NCBI RefSeq assembly: GCF_009914755.1
Contig: NC_060938.1
From: the human T2T-CHM13v2.0 reference genome, Homo sapiens
Direction: 5' to 3' (one strand)
Length of the DNA stretch: 64,000 nucleotides
In this document: positions 30,348 to 45,624 of the stretch, piece by piece
Position numbering within the stretch: position 1 is the first letter of the stretch
How the letters are laid out: each line of letters opens with the position of its first letter
Program-made: the position numbers and the translations under genes
The notes under the pieces: model-generated
Seen by the model: only the letters and a program-made list of their open reading frames with translations
Database searches by the model: none
Told to the model about the DNA's origin: nothing

Positions 30348-33304
30348 TAGTTCATGGACCCCTTGCCCCCATTCTTCTTTTGATCACTCTTAGGGATCCT
30401 GATTAAGACCCCAGTTAGAAAGCACCAATCCTTTCACATTATGAGTGGGAGGCCAAAGCCCTGGGAGGTTGATGGAGGGCTCTGCAGGGGGTCACAGAGC
30501 TGGTTCCAGCTGGGTCTCATTCATTGAAGAGATCTTTACTGGGAACCCATGTGCCCATCCCTGTTCTAAGCCCCAAGGAGTCAGCCATGACTAAGACCTA
30601 GGAGTCTCTTTCTCGTGGAGTTTGCATTCCAAACAGGGGAAGGCTGACCAACAGACCGGTAAGCAAATGTCAGGAAGGAAGGGAGCTATGAAGAAAAATG
30701 AAACAGGTCAGGGGATAGGAGCAGGGTGGTTACTTAAGGCAGGCCTGTCTGGGATGGCCTGGAGGAGGTGATGTTGGAGTGAGCAATGCAGATATGGCAG
30801 ACACTGGGAGAAGGCTGTTTCTGGAGGAAGGACCAGGACCGGCCAGTGCAAAAGCCCAGGCAGGGGCATGCTTGGTGTGCACAAGGACCAGCATAGAGGC
30901 CATCCCCACTGGCCTCACTTCTGCAGAAAAGAGATGCTTTCTGCTGTGGAGAACATAGTAGACTGTTTTATGCTTACCAGATGCTCAGTCAGTATTTAAT
31001 TGATGCTTAATCATGGAAGGAAGTTGGGAGTCTGGGCAGAGCCTGGGCAGGGGCCGGAGCTGGCTGGTGGAAAGGGAGAGGGCAGCTCCCCATCCTACTC
31101 GGCCTGGCCCCTGGCTGGGGAGCTCTGAGGCATCCCAGGTAGACTCCTGGGAGCAGGGGCGAGGGAGGCAGGGAGTGTTCAAGTAGCACCAGGTCCAGCA
31201 GCTCTGCCAGGATGAGGATCCTTAATTGGCTTCTTGGAGTGTGGAATCCTCCACATCCCGCCCCTGGGAGATGGTGCAGCTGGAGAAGGCTGCTCATCAC
31301 CCCTCTACCTGCAGGCTGTGGGAGTGTGAAAAGAGTGGATTTGGAGCCTGTAGGGGGCCTGGAGGGGGCTTTGAGTTAAGGGGGCCAGCTGTGTTGGGCA
31401 GAGGGCTGGTGAGTAATGAGATGTTTCCCTGCTCACATAACCAGACACAGCTCCTGCCCAGGTTGAGGTAAAGAAGAAAGTGAAGAATTATTTCAGGTAG
31501 GAGTGGAAGCTGGTCCCTGCACCTGAGTTTTTCTGCCATTTTCAGACTCTTCCTTACTGGAAGATGGGGTTTGAGGAGCAGAGGGTTAATCTGGAGACTG
31601 AAGACCTCGTAATGAATTCTAAGGCGCCCCACTTCCTTGCTAGTTGGGCAATTTAACTTACCTCTCCGAGCCTCAGTTTTATGGTCTATAAAATGTGGGC
31701 TAATTCAAAAAAGAATAAGCACAGTAGCTGGCATATGGTGGCACTTTGGAATCCAAGTCTAAAACTCTGAAGTCTCCTTTCATTGCCTGCTCGTGGTTTA
31801 TCCAATGTAAGCAGGCAGCTATCCACAGGAAACCTCTGGCTCCAGCACATCCCTCCAGCTATCCTGAGCAACACACAGTTCCCCTGCATGGGCAGGGTGG
31901 CAAATGGCCTGTCTCCTGGGCAGAGGCCTGCACAGTGGGAAGGGTATGGCAGCCAGGACCTGCACTCATGCCACTGACACACATCTCTAGCTGGATACTG
32001 GCTGTCATCCCCAACTCAGGGACCAACCCCCTCCCCAGGTCCTGGTGGTCCTGTTTCCCAGGATCCCTGCTCCCTCTCTAGGTGTCTGTTCTGGGTCCCT
32101 ATGGGATGTGGGTTCCTATGGCTCTGTCCTCTTCGTAGAAAACCAAAGGCTATTTCTGGTCATCACCATCCACTGGCTGGCTTCACGAGTGCTAGGCAGT
32201 TTTGCTGGCCTTCTTTAGGTTGCAGGGAGCGGCTATTCCTTAAAACACACATTCCTCTCTCCATGACCCTCACCCTGCCCAGTGTCATTTAGGAAGGGAA
32301 TAGGAAAGAGGCAATGGGGGAAGTGAGGAGGGCAGAGAGAAACAGATCAGTGGCATCAGGCTTGAGGGTTGGGATGGGGTCATGACCAAGGTGCCTGAAC
32401 TGTGGAGGAGGATGACCTGTGCTCAAATTCCCCTTGCTAGCTGGGTTTAGATTCCAACTTCCACCTATTCGCTGTGTGACAAAGGGCAAGTTACTTTACC
32501 TTTCTGGACCTCAGTTTCCTTATCCCTAAAGCAGGGATCTCAATAGAACCAGCCTCCTAGGGATATTCCAAGGGTTCACTGAGTAATATTTGTAAAGTGC
32601 TTAGAACAAGGTTTGGCACAGAGTAAATACTCTATATCTTTTTATTATGATGCTTCAATTTATGTAGTTGATTTTACGAGTCTTTGACAGTCCTTTTGTT
32701 TTTGTTTGCTTAAGCTGTCACCTACCTGGGCACAGGAGTTATAATGTGAGAAGTCAGACATTAGTCTGATACTCAGAGAAATAAACGCACAATTACAGCT
32801 GGAACCTGGGCTTTGAAGAAGGAGAACATGGGGCTCAAAGATGTTCAATCATGGGGATAGACCTGGCCAGGCTGGGGAGAAGAGGGCTTCCCAGAGGAAG
32901 TGCCTTTAGAACCAAGGCAGGAAGGATGAATAGGAGCTAATTAGTCCAAGAAGGAAAGGAAAAGTATTTCAGGCAGAAGAAGTTGCATATGCAAAGGCCC
33001 TGCAAGTGTGAAGGGCTGAAGGAAGGCAGACATGGTGAGGTGCAGGGAGCTTGGGTTGTGGTGTGAAGTGGCAGGGGCTCATAAGCAGGTTAGTTTGGTT
33101 TTTTATCTAAGAGAAATAGATGTCCTTTGAAAGCTTTAATCAAGGGAGGATGACTCGACCAAATTTGCCTTCAGGAAAATTCAATGTAGCTAAAAAGAGG
33201 CCAGGGAGGAGGCAGGGAGAACATTTCAGAGGGTTGCTTTTTTTTCCTCCCCGCATTAAAATCATCCTCGAAAAGAGACTGGGCAGATTTATAATAGCAT
33301 TAGA

Positions 33305-34730
33305 ATATTTAAAACATGTAATACATTTGTTTAACTTCAAACACATTTCAGCATTCTCAACATACAAAAAATAACAGAACATTACAAATCGTGTTTAAAT
33401 ACAGACGGTTCTTGAACTTTCATTGACGTGATGTCTCTTGCTTTGCTGATAATGAGGAGTTCTACAGTTTGTTTAAAAACAGTTTTCTGCTGGGCGTGGT
33501 GGCTCATGCCTATAATCCTAGCACTTTGAGAGGCCGAGGTGGGCAAAGTGGGTGGATCACTTGAGCCCAGGTGTTCGAGACCAGCCTGGGCAACATGACA
33601 AAACCCTGTCTCTACAAAAAAATACAAAAATTAGCCTGGCATGGTGGCAGGTGCCTGTAGTCCCAGCTACTCAGGAGGCTGAGGTGGGAGGATCACCTGA
33701 GTCCAGGGGGTTAAAGCTGCAGTGAGTCGAGGTCACGCCACTGCACTCCAGCCTGGGTAACAGAGTGAGACCCTGTTTCAAAAAAAAAAAAAAAAGTTTA
33801 AAAATTACCACACTTAACTAAAACAAACAAACTAAACCCCCCAAACACTTCTCATGCCGGCTGACCCTCTTTGTCCACAGCTAAGAATGGCAGCAGAATG
33901 CTCCGTCACTATATGCAGAAACAAGACAACTTGAAGCTAAATGGAAGCCCTGCAGAGTCAACAGGTCCAGATTCACAGTGCACGCCCTGAGCTACAGCCC
34001 CTCCAAAAGGCATCTTCCCCCAGAGCCTCAATGCCAAGCAAGGAGCCGTCAAGAGTCTGCCTTGGTTGTTTTGTTCTTTTTACAAACCGTACAGATATAC
34101 AATTGATAACTCAGGATTTCTAGTCAATAACCAGATAGTTAACACCACCTTATTAAAAAAAAAAAAGCCAGAAACATCTTTAAATGCCTTGTCACTCCAA
34201 TAGCAAAGCGCACAGAATGAGAACACAAGAGTGCCTTTTCATTTTAAAAATGTTTGGAAATATGTACAACTTTGATAGCATTTCAGAGTGCACCAGACAC
34301 CACTGCCGCTTCATGTATACCACTGACAATTTCTAGAGCACTTTGAGAGGCTACAATATGATCATGATCAAATTTTGTAATTAAACCTGATAAGGGCAAC
34401 AGACACTACTTCTCAAATAAGAGATGTGTCAATTACAGCGCTCCCCTACTCTAAGGCAGGGGTGTCCGATCTTTTGGCTTCCCCGGGCCACACTAGAAGA
34501 AGAATTGCCTTAGGCCACACATGAAATACACTAATAATAACGATAGCTGATGAGCTAAACACACGTGCGTGCACACACACACACACTGACACACACTTCA
34601 TAATGTTTCAAGAAAGTTTACGAATTTGTGTTGGGCAGCATTCAAAGCTGTCCTGGGCTGTGTAGGCTACAGGTTGGACAAGCTTGCTCTAAGGTACTTA
34701 CAAGGAAACAGATAAACTATGTTTAAAATT
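33305..34730 (-). pseudogene. Retrocopied mRNA 3' UTR fragment (tentatively NUCKS1), interrupted by Alu (~33488-33795) and MER30
   Basis: AT-rich non-TE sequence that is continuous across two TSD-bounded insertions. The minus strand ends ...GAATGCTGAAATGTGTTTGAAGTTAAACAAATGTATTACATG, resembling a decayed poly(A)-site region. The parent assignment is from recall only. Confidence 0.55.
34457..34686. mobile_element. MER30 (hAT-Charlie MITE)
   Basis: CAGGGGTGTCCGATCTTTTGGCTTCCC...GGTTGGACAAGCTTG with a perfect 8-bp TSD CTCTAAGG at 34449-34456 and 34687-34694. Confidence 0.88.
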
Positions 34731-34913
34731 TCTTGCCAGGTGTGGTGGCTCACGCCTGTAATTCCAGCACTTCAGGACTTTGGGAGGCCGAGGTGGGGGG
34801 ATCACTTGAGGTTGGGAATTCGAGACCAGCCTGGCCAACATGGCGAAACCCCGTCTCTACTGAAAATACAAAAATTAGCTGAGTGTGGTGGCATGCGCCT
34901 TTAGTCCTAGCTA

Positions 34914-35021
<108 letters not shown>

Positions 35022-35044
35022 TCAAAACAAAACAAAACAAACAC

Positions 35045-35352
35045 ATAGCATAAAATTTACCATCTTACCCATTTTAAGTGTACGGTTCAGTACAATTAAG
35101 TACATGCATGTTGTTTTGCAACAGATCTCTAGAACTTTCTCAATTTGCAAAGCTGACACTCTATGCCCATTAAACAAATCCCAGTTTTTCCCTCCCCCAG
35201 CTCCTGGCAATCACCATTCTTCTTTCTCTTTCTAGGAATGTGACTACCCGAGGTACCTCACATAAATGGAATCATCCAGTATTTGTTCTTTGGAGACTGG
35301 CTTATTTCACTTAGCCTGATCTCCTTAAAGTTCATCCATGTTGCATCATGTG
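35045..35352 (-). mobile_element. L1M 3' end fragment
   Basis: AAAATTTACCATCTTACCCATTTTAAGTGTAC...GTGGAATCAT-like...GGCTTATTTCACTTAGC...GTTCATCCATGTTG. Confidence 0.75.
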
Positions 35353-38300
35353 ATAGGTCATTTAGGAGGTTTTGCAGGAGTCTGAGTAAGAGCTGATGGG
35401 GGCTTGGACTAGGGCTTGGAGATAGAGATAGCAGGAAATAGAGTCGGGGAGATTGGGGAGTGGTAGAGTCACAGGACTTGGTGAAGGATGGGAAAGTGCT
35501 CCTGTTTCTGGCCTTGGTCTTCAGAGGTGACTGTGGACAGGCCAGTGGTACCCAGACTTGTAGGCTCCTTTGGACAATGGGGGTTGGGGGTGACCCAGGG
35601 GCTAAGTTGGGTGCAGAGGAAACCAAGGAAGAACCTCTTCTCTATCCTCAGCCCACAGCCTGGGGGAGACCAGAGGAGGAGAGCAGTGAGCAGCTGCTCT
35701 GGCTTCTTTGTTCCCCTTGTTTATTCTTCCTACAGAGCACAGACCTTGCAGCACCAGAAGGGTGGTCTTTATGGCATCCCTGATGAAAGAGGGGAGGAGG
35801 TGGGTAAAGTTCTGTGCTGTGTCCCTTTGCAGATACCACCAGGCTGGGCACCCCACGGGCTCATACTGCTCTTTCTGGTCTCTTTGATCGTCCTCGGAAT
35901 TGTAAAGTCCTTGCCACCTAGAGACTTCCTCCCTGCTCCCATCTACCCCAAGATGTGGATGATTTTCCCATTGAAGAGGAAATTAAAGTGGAAAGAACCT
36001 TGCCCCGACTCCCTCCAGCCTGGAGGCAAGTCACTTCTTTCCCAGTGATGTCAACAGTGAACAAGGGTCGAGTGTCTGTGGAAGGCAGTCCCCACGTCAG
36101 ACCTGGGATGCCCTGAGCAAACACGAGCTCCACCCTCAGAAAAGCAGATGTGTAGATGTGGCCGTCATGTCGATATGAACAGGTGTAGCGGTGGTTCACG
36201 AAAGAGGGTGGCTAGTTCTACCTGGTGTTGGGGCTGGGGTGAGTTGACAGAAACAGCTGCCGAGAAAATGAGGTTTTCTTGAGACGTGTCTTGGAAAATT
36301 ATTTTTATCAGTTTGGAGGAAAAGAATCTCAGGGTGTGGAGGCAGATACCAGAATTACAGGCAGGGGGAGCAGCCTAAACAAAGGCAGCGAGACGGGAAA
36401 CAGGCCCTGCCTTCAGCTTGCTGCCAGCCGAGATCTGCCCAGAGACCAGCAGGGACCAGAGCTATCAGGACTTTGGCTATTATCTCTGGCTATGGAAGGG
36501 ATGGGGCTGAGGGAGGTGACACACTTCTGGCAGGGAAGCCATTTAAATGGTGGTCAGCTGGAGATAATTTTAAAGAAATTCCATATAGCACTTACGAGAC
36601 ACTCAATTTTGCGGGAGCCATACAAGTGTTAATTCATGTAATATTCACAGTCATCTTAACGGGGTCAGTCACCATCACGATCCCCGTTTTCCAGATGAGA
36701 AAACACCAAGCAACATCTTACCCGAAGTTGCACAGAGGCTGGGGATGGGATTTGAACTGGGTGGTGGGCTCCCCTCTTCTCTGCTGTTAACCACTGGGCT
36801 GTGCTCTGGGCCAGCCAGCTCTGAGCGCAAGTGTTAGGGACAGGGCTGGCGGAGGTTAATGAGGGAAAATGGCCAGGAGTTGGCTTCAGGAAGGGAGGCA
36901 GTGGGTGAGGGTGGAGCCACAGCAGGCTCCCAGAGGACGAGGCACCATTCACTGATCTGTGGAACTGGGAAAGGCCTCGAGGTCCTCAGTCTTCCTGTCT
37001 GTGAAATGGGGACAAGAACACCAGCCTCAGTGGTAGAAAGAGTGGTGTGAAGGTCCTTTGTGCACCCAGGGTGCTCTGTCAACGTAGCCTGGCCCTGCTG
37101 CCTCACCCCAGCCCTGCCCACTGGTGCAAGCACACTCACTGTCCCCTTTGTCCCCTTCTGGCTGCCTCTGAGGGATCCTGCCCCCTGGGAGTTTCTTTCT
37201 CTGTCATTTCCTGGAGGAGCTAGAACTGGCTTTGAAACCTGCCTGGCTCTTTAGTGGGAGAGAGGTAAAAGCAGTTCAAGGGATGTGGGCTGGAAGTATT
37301 TGGAAATGCAGATGGGCCACACGAGCACCTTTTATTTTTGTTCAGAACATCTGAGTCTCCCCGTGGGGACTCCCCCGCCCAGAGTAGCTCCTCCCCCCAT
37401 GGCAGAGAGGATGAGAGAGCACCCGGGGGCTGCCATGAGCTCAGGGCAGGCAAAAGCAAGGCTGTCGCTCTCCTGCCCCACCCCTACCAAGCCACCAAAA
37501 ATAGAAGGGCCAAGGTGTCAGCCCCAGGGAGGGGCCAGCCGGGGAAGCCTTTGAAGCCGGAAACAGCCGGGGAAGGAAGGCTGAGAGAAGCAAGTTTGTT
37601 AATATTCACTGGGCAGCAGCGGCAGTTGTCCCTGGGTTTTCTGTTTCCAAGGCAAGCAGACATCACCAGCCTAGCTCAGCAACTCCAGGGCCTGTGAGGC
37701 AAGGCCTGGGCTTGGCTCGTGACTTGCTGTGTGACACTGGGCAACTGGCAACCCTTTCTGGGTCTCTGTTGTCTCATCTGTAGCATGAGGGATTGTGACT
37801 AGATCACCTCCCGGGTTCCTTCCTGCTGCAGCGTTCCAGGACTCACACCTTTGGCCACTGACCCCTGCCCCACCTTCTGAGTGGGGTTCAGGGACTGTGC
37901 TGAGTCTGTCTCTGGGAAGCAGCAGGGTGCAGGGGCACACTGATGAGTGGTGCATGTGCCCAGGGGCAACATCAGAGCCGTTTAGCCACCAGGGCAGTCA
38001 GGCATGGACAGACGCATTTGGGAGGGGGCGGGGCCCTGTGTCAGCTGTTAACACTTCAGTTCCTGAAGCAGAGAAGTCTGGAGTTCTGGGGAGGGGCCAG
38101 GGAGGCAGGAGAGGGAAACACTGGGAGGGTTTAGGGCTTGGCCTGTTTATCAACTACTGTGGAAGTATTTTCACTGTTCTGACAATCCCTGCAACTATGT
38201 CCATGGACCTGCTGTCTATCCGCCCTGTTCATCGGGAGGAAGAGATGGAGAAGGCTGCCGGGGTTCTGGGAGTGGGTTTCTAGTCCTTCCCACCATCGGA

Positions 38301-39411
38301 AAAATTCTTGTCACTCGGAGTGGGGCCAGGTCACTGTTTCCCCTGGGTCCAGCCCCCAGGACCCCTGGCCTGCCACCCTTAGGACACCCCTTCTTCCCTG
38401 GGGCTGGGGAACAGTGAAGGGAGGCTCTCCTCCCACTCCTTTGCCCACAGCCCCCGTGGCTCCACTTGCCCAGCAGCTGTCCTGGACCACAGGCCAGGTG
38501 GCCTCAGTTCCTGGCTCCTCTGTGGCTGCCCCCTCTGCCATCTGCCCACCCCCACACAGGGCCCATTTGGCTACCCTCCCTTATATCCCACATCCCCTAG
38601 GTGAGGCCCTTTTCCATCCCATTCCAGCCTGGCCTGTAGGGGAGAAAGTTGAGATGGGGTTGGAGGGTGGGGTCAGCCAGAGCAGGTCCAGCATCAGGGC
38701 AGCTGCGGGGACCGGGGCTGGGTTCTTGGTGCAGGGCCCCCACTCTGCTGGCTGCCCCGACTTCCCTGTGCAGCAATTTCAGTTTCTATTTTGAACAGTT
38801 TGGGTTGGTTGCTTCTCTGTCTTCCTGCTGGGTGTTTATAGTGAGGAAAATAATTGGTAATATTTGCACAGATGTGCTGGCATTGCAGCTCGTCACGGGC
38901 ACCTTTACCCAGGGGACCCTCCCTGCCCCCAGCCTGTCTCTGCCAGCCTGAGGAACCAGCCTGAAGGGGAGTAGCTGAAGCCCCTATGCCTCCCAGGGGC
39001 CTCAGGCAGCCAGACGCAGGCAGAGCTGGGAAGCAGGAGGCCTCAAGTGCCCCAGGCATGCCAGAGGCGGCCCTAAGCTGGAAGGGGGTGGGTGGGTGTC
39101 TGTGCTCCAGGGACTGATCAGGACAAGCCTGGGCTCCAAAGGATGGATCCTTTCTAGGGGCTGCATGAGGGAGGCCCCAAGGGCTTCGTTTCTTATTCCA
39201 TTTTCTCCTACAGAGCCTGAATTTGCAGCTGAGGGTAGGGATGGGGTGAAAAGGAGAGGGGCAGGTCCAGGGTTGAAAATAGAAAATTGTGGCCAGGCGC
39301 TGTGGCTCACACCTGTAATCCCAGCACTTTGGGAGTCCGAGGCAGACAGATCACCTGAGGTCAGGAGTTCCAGACCAGCCTGACCAACATGGTGAAATCC
39401 CATCTCTACTA

Positions 39412-39642
<231 letters not shown>

Positions 39643-40167
39643 TCAGAGGGCTGGCAAGGAGGTGAGAATTGTGGACCATGAGGCTGCCCGCCCAGCCCAA
39701 GCAGGGCATGGACCAGGGTGCATGCTGCCCAGTGCCCTTTCCGGGGCCCCAGCCAGGCTGGTGATGGGTGGGACCACAGCGCAGGCAGGGCCAGGTGAGA
39801 CTCCTCAGCCACCATGCCTCCTTCTCTTCCTCCTTTTTTAAAAATAATCTCTCTCTCTCTCTCTTTTTTTTTTTTTTGACAGGGTCTCACTGTCACCTAG
39901 GCAGGAGTACAGTAGTGTGGTCATGGCTCACTGCAGCCTCAATCTCCCAGGCTCAAACGATCCTCCTGCCTCAGCCTCCTATGTAGTAGTGGGACCACAG
40001 GCATGCACCATCATCCATCACGACCAGCTAGTTTTTAAATTTTTTTTGTGGAAATGGGGTCTCACTATGTTGCCCAGGCTGGTCTTGAACTCCTGGGCTC
40101 AAGCAATCCTCCTGTCTCAGCCTCCCAAAGTGCTGGGATTACAGGTGTGAGCCTCCTTCTTCACCTC

Positions 40168-40385
40168 TTGTATGTGCACATGGTGCATGTGTGTGTGTGT
40201 GTATGTGCATACAGCTTTTGTGCATGTGTGGGCTGTGCCTGTGTACATGTGCGTGTGTGTGCACAAAGGTTTGCGTGGTGTGTGGCTGTGCCTATGTGTA
40301 TGTGTATGCCTGTGTGTGGGTACATGTATGTGCAAGTGTGTGCATATATATGGAAGATGTACATGTGCGTGTGAACGTGCATGCT
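40168..40385 (+). repeat. Degenerate (TG)n/(TGCA)n low-complexity tract
   Basis: Alternating purine-pyrimidine sequence over ~220 bp. Confidence 0.9.
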
Positions 40386-41090
40386 GTGTGCCGGGGTTTG
40401 GCTTCTCCCAGAAGCCAACCCTGAGACAAGGGTTCAATTGTAGGCGGTTTATTGGGGGATGATCCCAGGAAGCACAGTTGGGGAGTAGGGAAGGAGGCAG
40501 GGTGAGGAAATCAGCCAATGAAGGGCATGTATCAAGCAGAGTGCTGCTGCAGGCAACTGAGCTCAGGCCCACTGGGGAGCCCAGGGAACCTGTGTAGAAC
40601 ACGACTGAAGCAGCCTTCAGTGTGAAGAGGTGAATGCAGAGGGGATCTAGGTGGGCACCAGGGCGTCTGCTGCTGGGTGGGTGGGTGTGGTGGACGTGGT
40701 GATATGCCACTCAGGATCCCTTCAGGAAGGATGGACAGCTTTCCAGCTGCTGCAGGTCCTGGCAGCAAACAGTCTTCAGGGCAAATGTTTTTGTGTTGTC
40801 TCAGCTGAAGACCACTGCCTTGCCTGAGGTCACACCCTCTTTCTGGGTGGCCCACATCTAATGACTGGTCAATGAGGGAGTGGAAAGACCTGGCTCTTCA
40901 CCCCAATTTGGGTCAACTCTGGCTCCCCTGTGGGTTGGCCCAGCCTGTCATTCAGGACTGCATTGCAGCCTGACCTCTCCCTCTGCCCAGATCTGCCTCC
41001 CTCTCCATGCTTTTACAAACGTTATCCCAACAGCAGCCCCTCATATCCATCTCACAGGCTAATCTCTGTTTCTGGGGTTCGCAACCCATG
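40386..41090. mobile_element. Ancient ERVL-class LTR remnant(s) (LTR16/LTR33-like)
   Basis: CCCAGAAGCCAACCCTGAGACAAGGGTTC...TTTATTGGGGGATGATCCCAGGAAGCAC resembles old ERVL LTR consensus. Subfamily uncertain. Confidence 0.5.
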
Positions 41091-41774
41091 CAGCATGTGT
41101 GTGTGCATACGTGCACAGCTGTGTCTTACAAGTAGGTGCACACGTGGATATGGGATGTGCATAACCTGCCTCCCCAGGGCCCTCCATCCAAGTGACCTAG
41201 AGGCCAGGCCAGTCCCTGTGCTGGCCCAGGCAGGCTCCTGGGGGCTCAGGTCTGAGAGGATATTGGAGATTTGGTGCTGAGCTGGGGCCTGAGGCAGGCA
41301 GAGATGCCTTCCTCTCCACATGGTCCAGGAGCGGCTCCTGGGATGGAAGAGATGGTGAAGGAGCAGGCAGCAGGGGCGTGGACTCCTTGGCCCCCTCACA
41401 CCCTGTATCCACCCTTGGTAGCTCCAGGCAGCTCCATGGAGCCTCAGTCACCTTGGCTCACATCCCTTCCTCCCTGTCCTCCAAGGCTCTTGAGCCTAGA
41501 AGGGCTTTTTTTCCAGGCACGGATCTTGCTTTGGCTTGCCTAGAGCAAGCCAAATGCAGGCCATCACTCTACAGCCAGACTACTCCAAGCAGAGGAATCC
41601 TGGGATGGTGCAGACACTCTGGCCACCACTCCTCCTAAGGCCCATACGTGGGCTTGTCCTCTCCGCAGGCTGCCAGGGGTCAGAGCAGCAGACATAGCAA
41701 CAGGTCAGTCTTGGAGAAGAATGGGATTCAGGCAAAGGCGGGGCAGGTAGCACAGCAAGATACCTAGAGGGCAC

Positions 41775-43414
41775 CAGGTGTTACAGAAACATTTATTACA
41801 AGGATAAATCAGTACAATAATGGGACCTTAAAACTGCTGTGATGCAGGAGTGGAGGGCTGGGCAGTGCCCGAGGCAGGGGAGGACAGTGGGACAAGGGAT
41901 GCTCAGTGGTGGAGCCACAGCCCTGGGCTCTGGATGGGGCATGGGAATGACCAGGTTCCCACATCATGCACAGCAGGGGCCTGTAGCTTGAGTCCAGACA
42001 GGCCTGCCCACATTGGTGCTGCCCCCCGCCTACCTGGAGATGTCTCTAAAATTCTGGATGTGCCCTAGTGGCTGAGGGTGTTGAGACTGGCACTGAGCAG
42101 AGATATCAGTGAAGATGCCCCAGGGGTAACCAGGTACCCACCACTGACCCCCTAGCATTCAGAGATGGGAAAACATCATTGGTCTTTGAGAGACAGGTGT
42201 GACGTTCCTCCTTGAGTTGGCAGAACCCTTAGGAATGGCTGTAGTTTGGCTCCAGCCCAGATGTTCCAGGCAGAATCCAAACAGCCTGGAAGCTTCCCAT
42301 GGAAGGTTCCTGCCACATCCCTGCCTACAAATACAAAGAGTTATGTGACCAAATCCCTTAGATGAATTCTATTCATCCTAGGACTTGCTCAAGGGATACC
42401 TCCTCCAGGAAGCCTTCCTAAGCACCGCTGACTACTCAGCAGGCCATTCCTTCCCTGAGTCCCTTCCCTCATCTATACTCACTACTCCCTAGGGTCTCTC
42501 CTTGCTGCGTTTTCTGTAGGGCTGGACCTAGGGCCGTGCGCTCAGTGGCTGGTGAGCTGAGGGCACTCTCTGGGTCTAGTCTACTTGTGATGGCACCAGC
42601 TCACGGACCCCCAGGCAAAGCCCAGAAAAGGATGATAGGGGCGGGGAGTGGGGGGAGAGTAGGAAGAGTCATGTAGTACAGCAATATTTCAGGACCCTCT
42701 ATTCTCTGTCATTGCAACTGCCTTTTGCACCCGCATGAAGAAGCTCCAAGAACCTGCCCTTGGTTCAGAGTTTACATACCGAGGCTCCTCTTCCCTATCT
42801 AGAATCTACAGTGCCTCACAAGCCCATGCAGAGATAAGCACCCTCTAGAATCAGAGACAGCAAGAGGCCCCCTTGCCTCCACGTATTTCCTTCTTGGCCT
42901 GCTGAGGTCTGGGCATGATGGGGCCAGACAGTGGAGTTGGGGGAAGCTCAGGCTGTCCCCAGGTGAAGATCCCTGTGGGCTGAAAGGATTGGGACGGGTC
43001 CCCTTGTGCTCTGGGCACCCCCTTTTCTCCCTGTAACCTCCTGCTCTTTCTCTGTGGGGAGGTTGGCAGGGTAGGTGGTGGGCTGGCTGTAGGGCAGGAG
43101 ATCCTCTAGGGAATGGGCAGAATGGATGGAGCTAGGCCCTGCTGGGATGGCCTGGTGGGCAGCCCTGCCTTCTGTTTCCCGTCTGTAGCCTGGGTTAGAG
43201 AGTGGCGCCCCGGGCCCTGCTCTGGGGCTGGGAGCAGCGGGCAAGCAGAAGTGAAGGCTGAGCTCTGCAGGCTGTGGAATGGGGGTCTCCCCCTCAGCAA
43301 GCCACTCTCACGGGATCATCTTCAGGGGCCGGGCCTTTCCATAGGGTCTGCAACTCCAAGCCCCACTGCTTCCTCAGGTGGGCAGGGGAGTCAGGATGCA
43401 GGCCCTACTGGCTA
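41775..43414 (-). other. SYNDIG1L: SYNDIG1L 3' UTR (~1.6 kb)
   Basis: Unique sequence between the stop codon and the AATAAA at 41797-41792. Confidence 0.8.
41792..41797 (-). terminator. Polyadenylation signal AATAAA of SYNDIG1L
   Basis: TTTATT on the plus strand at 41792-41797, with a TGTA element overlapping/upstream on the sense strand. Confidence 0.8.
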
Positions 43415-43905
<491 letters not shown>

Positions 43906-44103
43906 TCAGCCCAGCCCCATCAGGCTGGCAAGAGGTTTTTTAAAAGGCAATGCCCAGTGGCCAGTGACATGGAGCAACAAGCAGTCTCTTCTGCCGCAGG
44001 TGGGGATGTAGGCTGGCCTTGGCACTTTCTACCAAAAGCCTTAACAATGGCACAATGATTCCACTTTTAGGAATTTATCACGAGGAAAGAAGGTAAATAC
44101 CTA

Positions 44104-44517
<414 letters not shown>

Positions 44518-44890
44518 TCACAATGGAAGACCATGTAACCATTAACAATCACCTCTCAGGAATACATTAAATTACATGGAGCAATACTAAAATATGTTGC
44601 TTAGAGAAATAAAATCAGATTATAAAACTATGTACAGCAAGATTTCTTCTGGGGAGTGGGCTGGGGGAAAATGTGAATAAGAGACTTACACAATCATCCA
44701 CCAAAATGTTATCTTTGAGTGTGCTGGGTTTAAATTATTTATATAATTAAGAAAACAAGAACAAGTGCTATTGAACAATGAAATAGTCAACTCAAAGCTA
44801 GTGTTTCTCAAAGCATCGGCTGTACATGTGTCCCAAGTCCCTTTTCTTTGGTAGTATACAGATTCCTGGGCCCTAATCCAGGCCTCTTAG

Positions 44891-45624
<734 letters not shown>

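Noticed and set aside
35460-36048. 186-aa and 107-aa ORFs in unique sequence
   Set aside because: No recognisable protein family, promoter or convincing splice structure. Length is compatible with chance.
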